Assembly (NCBI GenBank): GCA_963762565.1
Contig: CAVXLD010000001.1
Location: 576,001-640,000 of the forward strand
Direction: 5' to 3'
Source: an uncultured Verrucomicrobiae bacterium
GTDB lineage: Bacteria; Verrucomicrobiota; Verrucomicrobiia; Chthoniobacterales; JAFAMB01
DNA: 64,000 nt
Shown here piece after piece: positions 7,981-19,156 of this stretch (positions are counted from its first letter, which is position 1; every line of letters begins with the position of its first letter). The notes beneath the pieces were generated by a model. That model saw only the letters and a list, made by a program, of their open reading frames with translations, did no database searches and had not been told where the DNA came from. The position numbers were made by a program, and so were the translations under genes.

Positions 7981-10900
7981 TTATTTCTTTACCACATCCA
8001 CCACGTTGTCTTCCGCGGTAAGATCGATGAGTTTGTTGAGCGGATCGATGCCGGCTTTAGCCGGCACCTTATCCACAACAATCTTGATTGTAGAATCACC
8101 GCTCTGAATTTGTTGTTTCTGCAGATAGATCGGATTCCCCTGCGCGTCTAACACCCCGATATCGATCCAATCGTTCATCCGTACTTCGGTTTCAGCCCCC
8201 AAGCCATCCGCGCGCAATTTTTTAGCTCTTACCTTCAACTCGACCTCATACTTACCGTCATCGACGGCGCGGTAACTCGCTTCGGTGGCTCGATTATCGA
8301 AGAGCGTGATCGTTTCGAACAGGTCCGTAATCAGATACTGCTTATCCGGCGGAGTGATTTTACGAAACTCAGCCAATAAATCGCGTGAAGTGGGATAAGG
8401 CGGCCCCTGAAATGCCCATTTACGATCAAAGGCAGCCAGGGCTTGATCGACTGCGTCCTCCCCAATGGCATCCTGGAGGGCGTAGATAGCGAGCGATCCC
8501 TTATTGTAATGCACGTAAGCGTCTCCATCTTCTCGCACGAGTGGCTGCTCCCGTTTGCTTTCAGTGCTCCGACCCAAGAGATACGTATTCAATTCAAACT
8601 GCAGAAAGCGATGCATCTTGGCGTCCCCGTACTTGTGCTTCAACACCAGTAGCGCGGAATATTCGGCCAGACTTTCCGTGATGAATTCCGCTCCTTGAAC
8701 GTTGGCCGGGTCCTCCTGGTGAGCCCACCATTGATGCGCAACTTCATGAGCGGTTACGAAATAGGGATAATCGATATCCTTCGAATCCTTATCATCCACC
8801 TTCGCAATGAAACCAATGGATTCACTGAACGGAACCGTATTTGGAAAATGACTCGGCGAATGATTTGTATCTTGGAAATTCAATGATCCGGAGAACCCGA
8901 TGTTGATACGGCCCGAAATGCGCCGTGTAATACGAGAGAGAGTCCTTCACTCCGGCGATCATCCGGTCCAGATCAAATTCATGACCGGGTTGATAGTCGA
9001 TCTCGATTGCAACCGACTGAGTCCCGTTACTCCATTGATCTCTTCTGACACTGTATTTACCCGACAGTATCGGAAAAATGTCCGCCATTTTTGCGTCCAT
9101 TCGATACCGGAAATAGCGGCGGTCATTTTCCGTCCAATCCTTCTCCAAATAGCCCGTGGTGATACCGATCTGATCTGGATCCGTGCTGATGGTCGCGGTG
9201 TAGTCAATCCAATCCGAGTCTCGACTGATAGCATTGATTTGCTGGTTCGCCTTATCGTCGAGGTCGTGCATCCGCTCTTTCGGCGGCAAACCGAATCGTT
9301 TGCGATCATAGTCAGAAACAATCTCAACCGCTTCGTTATAACCGAAACTTGGTATCAGGCTGGAATTCGGATCCAAACCGGCGTTAAGAAATGTCCCATT
9401 GTCGAGAATGGTATCAGCCGCGCCGTCGTTACGGAAACCGTGGACGGCATACTCCACATCAAACTTAAATGGCATGGTTGCTCCCGGCGCCAGTGGCTCG
9501 TCTAAGGTATAGTGATGCCAATAAAGCTCAGGTGCGGCGTCGGCCAATTGCCATGATCGATCTACTGCCAACTGATTTATTTTTGCGATAACTGGCAGAT
9601 TCACATAAAGATCGCGAATCGGTGCGTTGGTTTTGTTCTGCAACGTCAGTACACCATGGAGACGCGCTCGATATTCGTGCGGAACAATATCCGCGTTCAA
9701 ATCCACCGCGATAACTCTGGGCTGGCGCGCTCCGGTTAACGATTTGTACCGTTTTTCATATTCGGCTTGCAAACGTTCACGCTCCAGCTTGGGCAGATAG
9801 GGATTCAGGATATGAGTATTATAATAGATCCAACCCCCGGCGCCGGCGAAGCAGACCGCTGCAACAGCCAAAATACCGATGGATAAAGGAGTGATTGCCT
9901 TGCCGGCGGCCCGTAACCGGTTTTTCCAATCTGTGTCTTTGCCTCGAACCCAAAACCATCCGGCCACTACCAAAAGCAAAACCGCACAAGCACCCCAATA
10001 GAAACGAAACCAGGCTACTGCACTTAGGAAATGGCCGTAGCCGTTAACATCTGAGTACACCAGGTCGGGCGCCGAATCGTACAAGTAAAGCTTGTTCTCC
10101 AAGCCGAAATTCGGCAGCTGCAAGGTCACAAAATAAATCAGGATTACGAAGGTATGCCCGAGATACTTGTGGTTTATCAGAACATGAATTGTTAACGCGA
10201 GCGCGGCCAAGATCCAATACGCCGGCATCCGGACCACGAAAAGGTCGAACAAGTAGTGACCAAATTCGATTCGCGTAAAATGCTGGAACAACTGAATTCC
10301 GATCCCGCAGGCCATCACGACGATCAAAAGTAACCATTGAATGGCAAACAGGGTTAGAAGTTTCCCCAAGAAAAGCAGCCAGCCCGGCGCGGCAGTTCCA
10401 TCCACGATTTCGTCAATCTTGGCGTCGCGTTCCCTCCACACGAGGTCGCCCGCATAGATGGAGGTGACCGTGAGGATGATTATTCCAAAGAGCCGTCCCG
10501 TTATTTCTAATATCTTATAAGTGATCGGGTAAGTGTTAGTCCCATAGAACGATCCCAGGACATACGAATTCCCGACGATGAAGAGAACACCGGCCGCCAC
10601 CAGCACTAGAAACCGGGGACGCCGGACAGTTTCACGCAGATGCAGCCGGATCAACCCGGGCAGAAATCGCAGATAAGCAATCGTACTGTGATTTAGAAGA
10701 GCAGCCGGCGCCGCACTCAGCTTCCCGATGGGCGCTAATACGGCTTCGCTTAGTTCCCGCCGCCGGCGCTTGACCACAATGGCTCGGGCGCTATCGAAAC
10801 GAAAGAAGGTATACCCAAAAACCAAGGTCACGATCCCAATACCGCCCCAAATCAGCCGGTTCCATAAGAGCACTCCATCCAGCGAGATCTGACGGGTATT

Positions 10901-11602
10901 TTGTTCGGCTACGCTCCAATATTGGGTCTGAACGTTCAGAGCGGTCAAGCCGCTGGAGTCAAGCAACGCTGCCAATGTCTTGTTTTCAAAATTGGCTAGG
11001 AGATTCAGCGACAGAAAATACGCCACTAACGCCAAGGTACCCGTGATGTATACGGGCGCCATTTGCCGCGAGAAAGCACCAACCACCAGGAATACTCCCC
11101 CCAGCCAAAATATGTTCGGCAGTACTGAAAAAAGATAAGGTCGCGCGAAAGCTTCGACAGAATACGGACCGAGGCGAGTTGGATCATTGCCAGGCCAGTT
11201 CCCTCCAATCAATATCCCGGCGACTATACCAAGGAAAACAACGATTAACGTGACATAACTTCCAATGAATCGGCCGAAGAAATAGTCTCGCTTCGAGATT
11301 GGCGCGCTAAATAGAAGTGTGTAAGTGCCGTGTTCGAAATCTTGTTGGATTGATCTACCCATTACAGCCGCGATAGCTGTTACCCCCACAAAACCGAGAA
11401 TCGTGATGGCAAAACTAAGGCCTTCCGGGCCGTTGATTAAAATCTTCTCACTCCCAAAGCTAACTAGAGAACCTGGGATGGCTCCGGCAGCCGCTGCCAT
11501 CCAGAGACCCGCTAAGAGTCCGTAAATAGCGAAATAGATCCAGGTCGAGGTGGACCGCAGTCGGTTCCTGAATTCAAACCACGCGATGGTGAACAGATTC
11601 AT
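7981..11602 (-). CDS. ABC-2-type permease fused to M1 aminopeptidase; one +1 frameshift at ~8846
   Basis: Two membrane halves, then an M1 domain (AHEVAHQWW..ESLAEY, YNKG). Removing one base of the A4 run at 8845-8848 joins FAESF to PNTVPFSE. Start ATG 11602. Confidence 0.85.
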
Positions 11603-11652
11603 AAGTCTGACATAGAGCGGAAAATACAATCACCGGCAGAACAAGCGCTTCT

Positions 11653-12549
11653 TCATGTTTCCGCGGTCTCGAGCGCAGCCAGACGACCGGCAATCGCGCT
11701 GAAATAAACGTCTTCAAGGTCGGGCGCCGCGAGTTCGAATCCTGGGTCCGGTGCTTCGTCCGAATATGCCCGAACAAACGTTTTTCCCGCGTGTAGACGC
11801 CCCGAGATAATGGGTAACCTTGACCTCAGTGCCTCCACTTCGCTTTTCGCGACCGTCTTCGACCAGATTTTCCCGGCAAATGAATCCACCAGCGACCTGG
11901 GATCGCCGGTCATGAGCACGCGACCCTCGTTAATAATCGCCAGGTTCGAGCACAGATCTGAAACGTCGTCTACGATATGCGTCGACAGGATCACAATCAC
12001 GTTATCGGCAATATCGGCGAGCAAGTTATGGAACCGGACCCTTTCCTCAGGGTCAAGCCCGGCTGTTGGTTCGTCGACGATGACCAGCTTCGGGTCACCA
12101 ATTAACGCCTGAGCGATGCCGAACCGCTGGCGCATCCCGCCGGAAAAAGTGCCCAGTTTCTGGCGCCGAACCGAATACAGATTGGTTCGCTGTAATAGTT
12201 CTTCGATCACTTCCCGGCGGTTCTTGCCCTCGGTCAATCCTTTTAAACGAGCTAGATGATCGAGGAGATCATAGGCAGATACCTTCGGATAAACTCCGAA
12301 ATCCTGCGGAAGATACCCAAACAATTTTCGAATCTGCCGGGGTTGCCTTAGTAAGTTAATTTTCCCAAGCGTGACTTCGCCGCTGTCGGCTTCCTGCAAA
12401 GTAGCCAAGGTCCGCATCAAGGTTGATTTCCCGGCGCCATTTGGGCCCAATAATCCGAACATCCCCGGCGGGATGGTCAATGAAACCCCGTCCAAAGCCT
12501 GAACGCCATTCGGGTATCGCTTTGAAAGATCCTCAATAGCTAGCTTCAT
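11653..12549 (-). CDS. ABC transporter ATP-binding protein (partner of the permease-aminopeptidase)
   Basis: GPNGAGKST, FSGGMRQR, IVDEPTAGLD, STH; likely start ATG 12549. Confidence 0.92.
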   Translation of the reverse strand: MKLAIEDLSKRYPNGVQALDGVSLTIPPGMFGLLGPNGAGKSTLMRTLATLQEADSGEVTLGKINLLRQPRQIRKLFGYLPQDFGVYPKVSAYDLLDHLARLKGLTEGKNRREVIEELLQRTNLYSVRRQKLGTFSGGMRQRFGIAQALIGDPKLVIVDEPTAGLDPEERVRFHNLLADIADNVIVILSTHIVDDVSDLCSNLAIINEGRVLMTGDPRSLVDSFAGKIWSKTVAKSEVEALRSRLPIISGRLHAGKTFVRAYSDEAPDPGFELAAPDLEDVYFSAIAGRLAALETAET

Positions 12550-12777
12550 GAGTTTGTGTGGATAACACCAATCGACTGAAGGAAGTTTCAAGGCTCAAGA
12601 ATAAAACGCACAGAAGAACACAGAAAATCTTAACAGGAAGGACACAAAGGCCACGAAGACTGAACTTTTTTACAGAAGGCAACGCACGCTATAAAGATTT
12701 TGCTCCTAAGGAGCTTGATCCCTCCGGGACAACCTTTGTGTCTCCATGGTAATAATAGACTATAAATCGGAAACACC

Positions 12778-13803
12778 ATGAGCGAGACACGATCCACAAA
12801 TTCGGAGGTGAGAATTGGGATCCTGGGCAGCGGCTGGATGGGGTCGGTTCACGCTGAGTGTTATCAACGAATCAAGGGCGCTAAAGTCGTCGGCGTGTTT
12901 AGCCGCAACCGGGAGCGAGCAGAAGCCTTGGCCAAAATGTCTGGCGCCAACGCGGTCAGCGATGCGTCCGCACTCCTTGAAGACCCTACCGTCGACGCAA
13001 TCGATGTTTGTGTGCCGACAGCGAACCATGCGGAATTCGTGGTGGCGGCACTTCGACGCGGTAAGCATATCTTTTGCGAAAGTCCTCTTGCACTTCGGTT
13101 GACAGATTCAGAGGCAATGATCGAGGCAGCAAAACAGGCAAGCCGAATTTTTTTGGTTGGTCTACTGGAACGGTCCATCGCTCAATATGAACACGTGCAG
13201 GAGGCGGCTGCTGGCGGCCATCTAGGCAAGGTTTTAAGCATAACAACCTACCGGCTCGGCTCCTACCTACTGTCAGAAGAGACCAGAAAACATTACGCCG
13301 ATCCCGCGTTAGAGCTCATGACCTTAGATTTCGACTTCATCCGCTGGATGATTGGACTGCCGGCCTCGGTCTATGCAACAGCTGTATTGTGGAGCGGCCT
13401 CGCTTGCGAGGCCGACACTCCAGGCGAAATCTCGACAATCTTGAATTACGACTCCCGCGTTAGGGCAACAGTTTTGGCCAGCGGCATCATGCCGAGAGGA
13501 TTCCCGTTCTCGGTTGGCTTCCGTGTTCTTTTTGAGAAAGGTGCATTCGAGCTCAAGACCGTGTTCCAAGAAGCTGGTCCGCCGAAGAACCTGTTTCAGT
13601 TCTATTCCGAAGAGGGCGGGCAACTGTTAACGATCGAGGAGCACGATCCTTACGAGCAGGAACTCCGGCATTTTGTAAACGCGATCCGCGGCAATGCAGA
13701 CCCAGGATTACTCGATGCGCAGGATGCCGCTGAAGCCCTGAAGCTATCACTCGCCACCCTGCGATCAGCGAAAGAGGGCCGCGTCATAACACTGCCTCGC
13801 TAA
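12778..13803 (+). CDS. Gfo/Idh/MocA family oxidoreductase
   Basis: IGILGSGWMG Rossmann motif, DAIDVCVPT..H, GKHIFCESP. Confidence 0.88.
   Translation: MSETRSTNSEVRIGILGSGWMGSVHAECYQRIKGAKVVGVFSRNRERAEALAKMSGANAVSDASALLEDPTVDAIDVCVPTANHAEFVVAALRRGKHIFCESPLALRLTDSEAMIEAAKQASRIFLVGLLERSIAQYEHVQEAAAGGHLGKVLSITTYRLGSYLLSEETRKHYADPALELMTLDFDFIRWMIGLPASVYATAVLWSGLACEADTPGEISTILNYDSRVRATVLASGIMPRGFPFSVGFRVLFEKGAFELKTVFQEAGPPKNLFQFYSEEGGQLLTIEEHDPYEQELRHFVNAIRGNADPGLLDAQDAAEALKLSLATLRSAKEGRVITLPR
13389..13415 (+). repeat. GTGG-type REP copy inside the oxidoreductase CDS
   Basis: GTGGAG-CGGCCTCGC-TT-GCGAGGCCG; same core as the intergenic REPs at 51148, 57213 and 59906. Confidence 0.75.
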
Positions 13804-13830
13804 CCCTCAAACCCTAAAAACCAGTATAAC

Positions 13831-13976
13831 ATCCGCAGATTACACAGATTACGCAGATTACGTTTTGGGGTCACACGATGTCAGGGGAGTTAAGGGAACG
13901 CCTCATCCTTAGAAGCCGGTGTCTTTCTCCGATTCGTATATCGAACCTTTAACCGAAATCTGCGTAATCTGCGGAT
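13831..13976. repeat. Inverted-repeat element with 9-mer periodic arms
   Basis: ATCCGCAGATTACACAGATTACGCAGATT paired with AATCTGCGTAATCTGCGGAT. Confidence 0.75.
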
Positions 13977-14079
13977 ATTAAAAATCTACGGTTGTGTCGC
14001 GACCATGTCGTTTTCTGCCCAGCGACATGTCGCGAAAATTTGCTATTTGCTATTCCGGACGAGCCTCAGGCGAGTCCGG

Positions 14080-15456
14080 CTATGGTTGCGTCGTTACCAT
14101 ATCGCTGAAATCGAGCTTCCTATCGGGCGTGATAATATCCGGCGCCAAAGGCTTCTGCTCAAAATCAAAACAGGCCAACATATCATTCGACTCGGCGTCC
14201 CGATGCGTTAATGGTTTCAGGCCGAAGCGTTTCTCGATCAGCTTCAATGGGGATGTTAAATCGAAACGGGTGTGTATTACCTTCCCTGCCCTGGAATATG
14301 GAGAGATAATCAGACAAGGGACGCGTGGACCGAATCCATATCTATCCGTTTTCGGCGGAGGGACGTGATCATAAAAACCACCGTAGTCGTCCCACACCAA
14401 AATAATCGCACAGTCGTTCCAAAATTGGCTTTTCATCACGCGGTTGATCAGAGTCGTGACATACAACATCCCAACGGTGACATCATAAGGCGGGTGCTCA
14501 CTATTAAAAGCATTCGGCACTATCCAGGAAACTTCCGGAAGCGTGCCATCCTTCAAATCGTTGATGAATTGAGTCGTATAAACCAAGTGCGCCAAAAGAT
14601 CTGGGTCATCTTGGAACTGCTTAAAGGCGGGTAATGGATTCCAGACCGTATGTACCTGAGGTTCCGGCTTGCCCAAGACAGTGGTGAAACCAGAGTAAAA
14701 TTTCCAACTGACGTTCGCTGACTGCAACAGATCGCACATGGTCGGGAAATCATAAGTACCTGGTTCTTCACCTGTTACTTCCGATATCTGGGCTGGATTA
14801 AAAACGAGCCCTCCCGACTGAGCGGCAACCGCGTACAGATGGTTCGGTTGGCTAGGTCCCATCAGCGAAGAAAAAAAGTAATCGCACAAGGTGTATGACC
14901 GAGCATACTCCCAGTAGTTAGGAATCTGGTTATAATCCATGTACGACAAAGTATTCAGGACCCAACCCGGCGGCGGAAGCTGAGGCGGCGCAGTTGCCAC
15001 CGGCGACGGTGTTGGTGTAGGCACTCCTTGGATCTTATTCGGGTTAGGAGTCGGGTATGGTTTGGTGCCCCAATAGTAGGACAATGCGTCCGGCCATTCC
15101 GCCCAGATGAAACCGTCCATCGCTCCGTCATTCCAGGCGGTAATCGCCGATTGCCAACCATGAGCCAAGTCTCTGGGAACAGCGTTTCCAACAAAATGAA
15201 AGGGCTTATACTTTCGCGGACCGTTGGGATGATCGGCTAGCTTGGTTCCCGCTGGAATCCCGTTCGCGCCAGGATACGTTCCAAAGTAATTGTCGAACGA
15301 ATGATTCTCTTGGATGATGTAGATGAAATGATTGATCGGAATTTGAGACGACGACGTTGCGTCCTGCGCATAAACGTCGCCCGAAAACAAAAACACGGCG
15401 GGCGCACAAGTAAGTAATCCTAAGCACCAGGCTGCGGCTAATCGCGATTGGCACAT
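14080..15456 (-). CDS. Secreted phospholipase C / phosphoesterase family protein
   Basis: Signal-peptide-like N-terminus, QENHSFDNYFG, GPSQPNH, SEHPP, WDDYGGFYDHVPPP, GPRVP. Confidence 0.88.
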   Translation of the reverse strand: MCQSRLAAAWCLGLLTCAPAVFLFSGDVYAQDATSSSQIPINHFIYIIQENHSFDNYFGTYPGANGIPAGTKLADHPNGPRKYKPFHFVGNAVPRDLAHGWQSAITAWNDGAMDGFIWAEWPDALSYYWGTKPYPTPNPNKIQGVPTPTPSPVATAPPQLPPPGWVLNTLSYMDYNQIPNYWEYARSYTLCDYFFSSLMGPSQPNHLYAVAAQSGGLVFNPAQISEVTGEEPGTYDFPTMCDLLQSANVSWKFYSGFTTVLGKPEPQVHTVWNPLPAFKQFQDDPDLLAHLVYTTQFINDLKDGTLPEVSWIVPNAFNSEHPPYDVTVGMLYVTTLINRVMKSQFWNDCAIILVWDDYGGFYDHVPPPKTDRYGFGPRVPCLIISPYSRAGKVIHTRFDLTSPLKLIEKRFGLKPLTHRDAESNDMLACFDFEQKPLAPDIITPDRKLDFSDMVTTQP

Positions 15457-15506
15457 GGCAACTCTGACGATCGGGAACCGGGGGGCGTTACAAATTTAAC
15501 CGGGAA

Positions 15507-16247
15507 ATGAAAAATCTAGGGCTCGCTCTCGGCGTCTGTTGGTTGGTCTTAAGTAAAACAGTTGAGGCTGGACCACCATTTATAACGGATGATCCGGAGG
15601 TTCCTCCTGTGGGCGGCTGGGAAATCAATGTCCCGTTCACGTTGAATCGTAGCCCAGGGTCAACCCAGATGCAGGCGCCACTAGTCGACATGAACTATGG
15701 GTTGCCCCAACTGCAACTCGAGTTCGATATTCCCTTGGCGGTTGTTAGCGACGACCGGAAAGGGACTAATGCCGGACTAGGCGACCTCTTGTATGGGATC
15801 AAATGGCGATTTTACAAAGACGACAAAACCCAAACCCAAATCGGTGTTTATCCACAAATGTTCGCGCCAACCGGAGATTACCAGCGCGGGCTGGGCGGAG
15901 GCCGGCCGAACTACATCTTACCGTTACTGGCGGAAAAGAGCTGGGATAGATGGACGCTATACGGCAACATCGGTTATCGCTTACAAACTGCTCTCGGCCA
16001 ACAAAACTATTGGTACGCGGGCAGCGTCTTACAACGCGATATCACTGACCGGCTGAGTCTTGGGGTCGAGCTTTTTGGTAATACACCAACTGCCCCAAAC
16101 AGCCGACCCGACGTCGCCTTCAATATCGGGGGCAGCTTTAAGTTACAAGAGCACCTGAACTTCATTTTCACCGCTGGACGGGACATCGTGGGTGATACGC
16201 ACGCGACGCTATACCTGGGTCTGCAGATCGTGACGAATAAGGAATAG
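15507..16247 (+). CDS. Exported hypothetical protein, putative outer-membrane beta-barrel
   Basis: Signal peptide, GPPFITDDPE, GLGD..YGIKWRF, alternating beta-strand pattern. Confidence 0.55.
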   Translation: MKNLGLALGVCWLVLSKTVEAGPPFITDDPEVPPVGGWEINVPFTLNRSPGSTQMQAPLVDMNYGLPQLQLEFDIPLAVVSDDRKGTNAGLGDLLYGIKWRFYKDDKTQTQIGVYPQMFAPTGDYQRGLGGGRPNYILPLLAEKSWDRWTLYGNIGYRLQTALGQQNYWYAGSVLQRDITDRLSLGVELFGNTPTAPNSRPDVAFNIGGSFKLQEHLNFIFTAGRDIVGDTHATLYLGLQIVTNKE

Positions 16248-16292
16248 CCGCGAGAGATCAACCAGCGCCAAAGCCCAACCAAAAAGAAAAAC

Positions 16293-16493
16293 CTCACGCA
16301 AAAACGCAAAGGCGCAAAGGTTAAGACACAGGCAAGTATTGAGCAAAGTCCGGGGAGACCAGGGGAGACAACAATTCTGAACCAACGCGTTTCTTCGTAG
16401 CTCGGCCTATCTTCGCTAGCCAACCAGATCCATCGCTTCGAAATCGGAAACGCTCAGCCCTGCATGGTATTAACCTTTGCGTCTTTGCGTGAG
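16293..16493. repeat. Inverted-repeat element with 9-mer-like arms
   Basis: CTCACGCAAAAACGCAAAGGCGCAAAGGTTAA paired with TTAACCTTTGCGTCTTTGCGTGAG. Confidence 0.7.
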
Positions 16494-16550
16494 ATTTTCT
16501 GTGCTTGGGTTGCGGCTATGCCACGCTGTGTTCTCTTGCAGCTATTCAGT

Positions 16551-18980
16551 TTATTCGCGTAGGGCCGTGATCGGGTTAACTCGCACGGCCCGCAAGGCTG
16601 GCAGGAGACAGGCTAACAAAGCAGTCGTGCTAAGCACGACGATCGCAATCAATAGCGAGAGCGGATCAGTCGGCGATACCCCGTACAGCAGGGTGGTCAT
16701 TACACGGGACAGGGCCAGCGCGGCCATAACACCAATCACAAGCCCAATCCCGGCTAGTTTCAGTCCGCGGCGTATCACAAGCCGCAAAATGTCAGCCGGG
16801 CGAGCGCCAACCGCTTTTCGGATACCGATCTCGCGGGTTCGTTGGCTAACCGCGTACGCCAAAACTCCATACAAGCCAATCGCGGAGAGGAACAAGGTAG
16901 CCCCGGAAAAGAAGCCGACCATTAGGATGCCGAGGCGTCGAATTCCAAATTTCTTCGTGATCAACTCGCTCAATGTACCGATCTTGGCCAGAGGAACATC
17001 CGGGTCAGCGGACGCAATAGCAGAACGGATGCTAGACGTCAGTGCCAGAGGATCACCCGCTGAACGCACAGTCAGGATTCCAAAGCTATATTCGGTCTCT
17101 TGACCGGATGCCAAATACGCATGAAACGGCGCCGGCTGAAAGTCAGGAGCATTATATCGGACATCTGAGGCAACCCCGATAACGCTGTATGACCGGTCGC
17201 CGGTCCAACCACCAATTCTTATTTGTTTCCCAAGCGGATTCTCATTCCGAAAGAGTTTCTGGGCCAACGATTCACCCAAAATCACAACCGGCTGGCTGGA
17301 TAAGGTATCTTGGGTGTTGAAGTCGCGACCTTGCAACAGCGGAACTCTCAGCGTTCGAAAATAGCCCGGTGATACGCCATGTCCGTCTAGCGTGGGCCGA
17401 CGGCCAGGCCCCGGGTCGGGCTGGCCCACCACATAGAATGGACTAGCCCAATAAACGAAATTCCAATAAAAAGGCGGGTAATCGCTAACCGCCGCTTCCG
17501 TGACCCCCGGGAGCCGGCGAATCTTCTGTAATACCGAGTCCCAGAAGGCCTGCATCGCTCCATCGTTTCCTCGATATTTTGTGCTCGTGAGATAGAGTTC
17601 GCCGGTAAGAATATTCCCCGGATCAAAGCCGAGCGGCAAATCCTGCGTCGCTTTAAGACTACGGGCAAGCAACCCGGTACCAACCAGCAAGACGCAGGTT
17701 GCGGCCATCTGTGCGATTATCAAGATTGACTGCGCGTGTTGCCTCTGCGGCCCAGCCGTGCCAGTTCTACCGGTCTCTTGAGTCAGAGTTGAAGAAACAT
17801 TCGCCTTGGAAAGACTCCGAGCAGGCAAACAGCCGGAAATTAACGATGCCAGCGCAGTAACTCCCAGCACAAACAGCAACGCTTCACCATTGAGCGTTAC
17901 ACCTTCAAAGCGATACTGCATGTAATACAAGTCGTGCGGAACCAAAGCTTTGACGGCTCCAATTGTCCAAAAAGCAACTACTAGACCGCCAATTCCTCCG
18001 ATAAATGAGAGGCATATAGTCTCTCTGAGAAGCTCTGCTGCCAGCCGTAAACGGCTCGCACCGAGGGCGGCTCGAACCGCCATTTCTCTTCGCCGATCCA
18101 AGGCTCGAGCAAATAAAAGATTGGCAACGTTGGCGCATGAGACCAACAACAGGCCCGCAGCAGCTGCGCTAACCAACCAAATCGTTTGTGAGAATCCAGC
18201 CACCAGATTATCAATCGGCCTTATTACCCGTATGCCATAACCTTTATCGGTATCCGGATACTCACTACTTAGCCTAGCCTGGATAACGCTCAAGTCAGCC
18301 TCCGCATCAGCAACATTTATTCCGTCCTTTAGCCGACCGATCCCAGTCCCTATATGTCTGTCCCGTTTCCACGGGTCGGAGTCGACCCGTTCAATTGTAG
18401 TAATTGGAACGTATACGTCGCACGAAGCCCAATAGTTGACCTGGGCCGGCACGACTCCGATTACTTCGAAGCTCACACCGTCGAGGATTAGATTCTCACC
18501 CACGACCTTTGGATCGGAGTTGAATCGGGTTCGCCAGAATTGCTCGTTCAGGACCGCGACCAATGGCCCACCTTTCACTTCCTCCGCCGAGGTAAACACG
18601 CGGCCGAGAATTGGCGGAAGCGCGCTTACCTCAAACATGCTCGCCGATACAAAATCGGTGTTGAGCCGCTGAGCGTCGCCCTTACCCGTCAGGTCTACAA
18701 GTCCACTGCAGACGAACGCAAGGCTTTCACAGGTATGTTGAGCGGCAGCCATATCCAGGTAATCGGGATAATCGAGCGCGTTCTCCTTCCCTTGGTCCGT
18801 CAGATAATACTGTATGAGTCGATCTGGCTTTGGGTACGAGAATGGCCTTAGTAAAACCCCATCGATGACGCTAAACATGGCCGCGGTCGTACCAATACCG
18901 AGGCTTAAAACTAAGACCGCCGTAATGGTAAATCCCGGCGACTTGAGAAGTGGACGGATTGTGTGGCGAAGGGGGAACAT
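16551..18980 (-). CDS. Duplicated MacB/FtsX-type ABC permease (ADOP-like), array 1
   Basis: [56 protein letters not shown]; 809 aa. Confidence 0.92.
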   Translation of the reverse strand: MFPLRHTIRPLLKSPGFTITAVLVLSLGIGTTAAMFSVIDGVLLRPFSYPKPDRLIQYYLTDQGKENALDYPDYLDMAAAQHTCESLAFVCSGLVDLTGKGDAQRLNTDFVSASMFEVSALPPILGRVFTSAEEVKGGPLVAVLNEQFWRTRFNSDPKVVGENLILDGVSFEVIGVVPAQVNYWASCDVYVPITTIERVDSDPWKRDRHIGTGIGRLKDGINVADAEADLSVIQARLSSEYPDTDKGYGIRVIRPIDNLVAGFSQTIWLVSAAAAGLLLVSCANVANLLFARALDRRREMAVRAALGASRLRLAAELLRETICLSFIGGIGGLVVAFWTIGAVKALVPHDLYYMQYRFEGVTLNGEALLFVLGVTALASLISGCLPARSLSKANVSSTLTQETGRTGTAGPQRQHAQSILIIAQMAATCVLLVGTGLLARSLKATQDLPLGFDPGNILTGELYLTSTKYRGNDGAMQAFWDSVLQKIRRLPGVTEAAVSDYPPFYWNFVYWASPFYVVGQPDPGPGRRPTLDGHGVSPGYFRTLRVPLLQGRDFNTQDTLSSQPVVILGESLAQKLFRNENPLGKQIRIGGWTGDRSYSVIGVASDVRYNAPDFQPAPFHAYLASGQETEYSFGILTVRSAGDPLALTSSIRSAIASADPDVPLAKIGTLSELITKKFGIRRLGILMVGFFSGATLFLSAIGLYGVLAYAVSQRTREIGIRKAVGARPADILRLVIRRGLKLAGIGLVIGVMAALALSRVMTTLLYGVSPTDPLSLLIAIVVLSTTALLACLLPALRAVRVNPITALRE

Positions 18981-19156
18981 GGAGCAGTGAGAGGTGATTA
19001 GTGATTGGTGATTTGTGATTGGTAGAGGAGCTAGGATCTAGGAGCTAGGAGTCTTACTGTTCTAGTCGATCCTCTTCGCGATCTTCGCGGCCTTGTTGTG
19101 GTTGTATTTTTTTTTGCGCTTTTTGTGCCTTTTTGCGGCTATTCTTTCTGGCTTTG

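Noticed and set aside
8822..8883. Programmed frameshift between permease and aminopeptidase
   Set aside because: A single extra base in a homopolymer within the peptidase domain; sequencing error is simpler.
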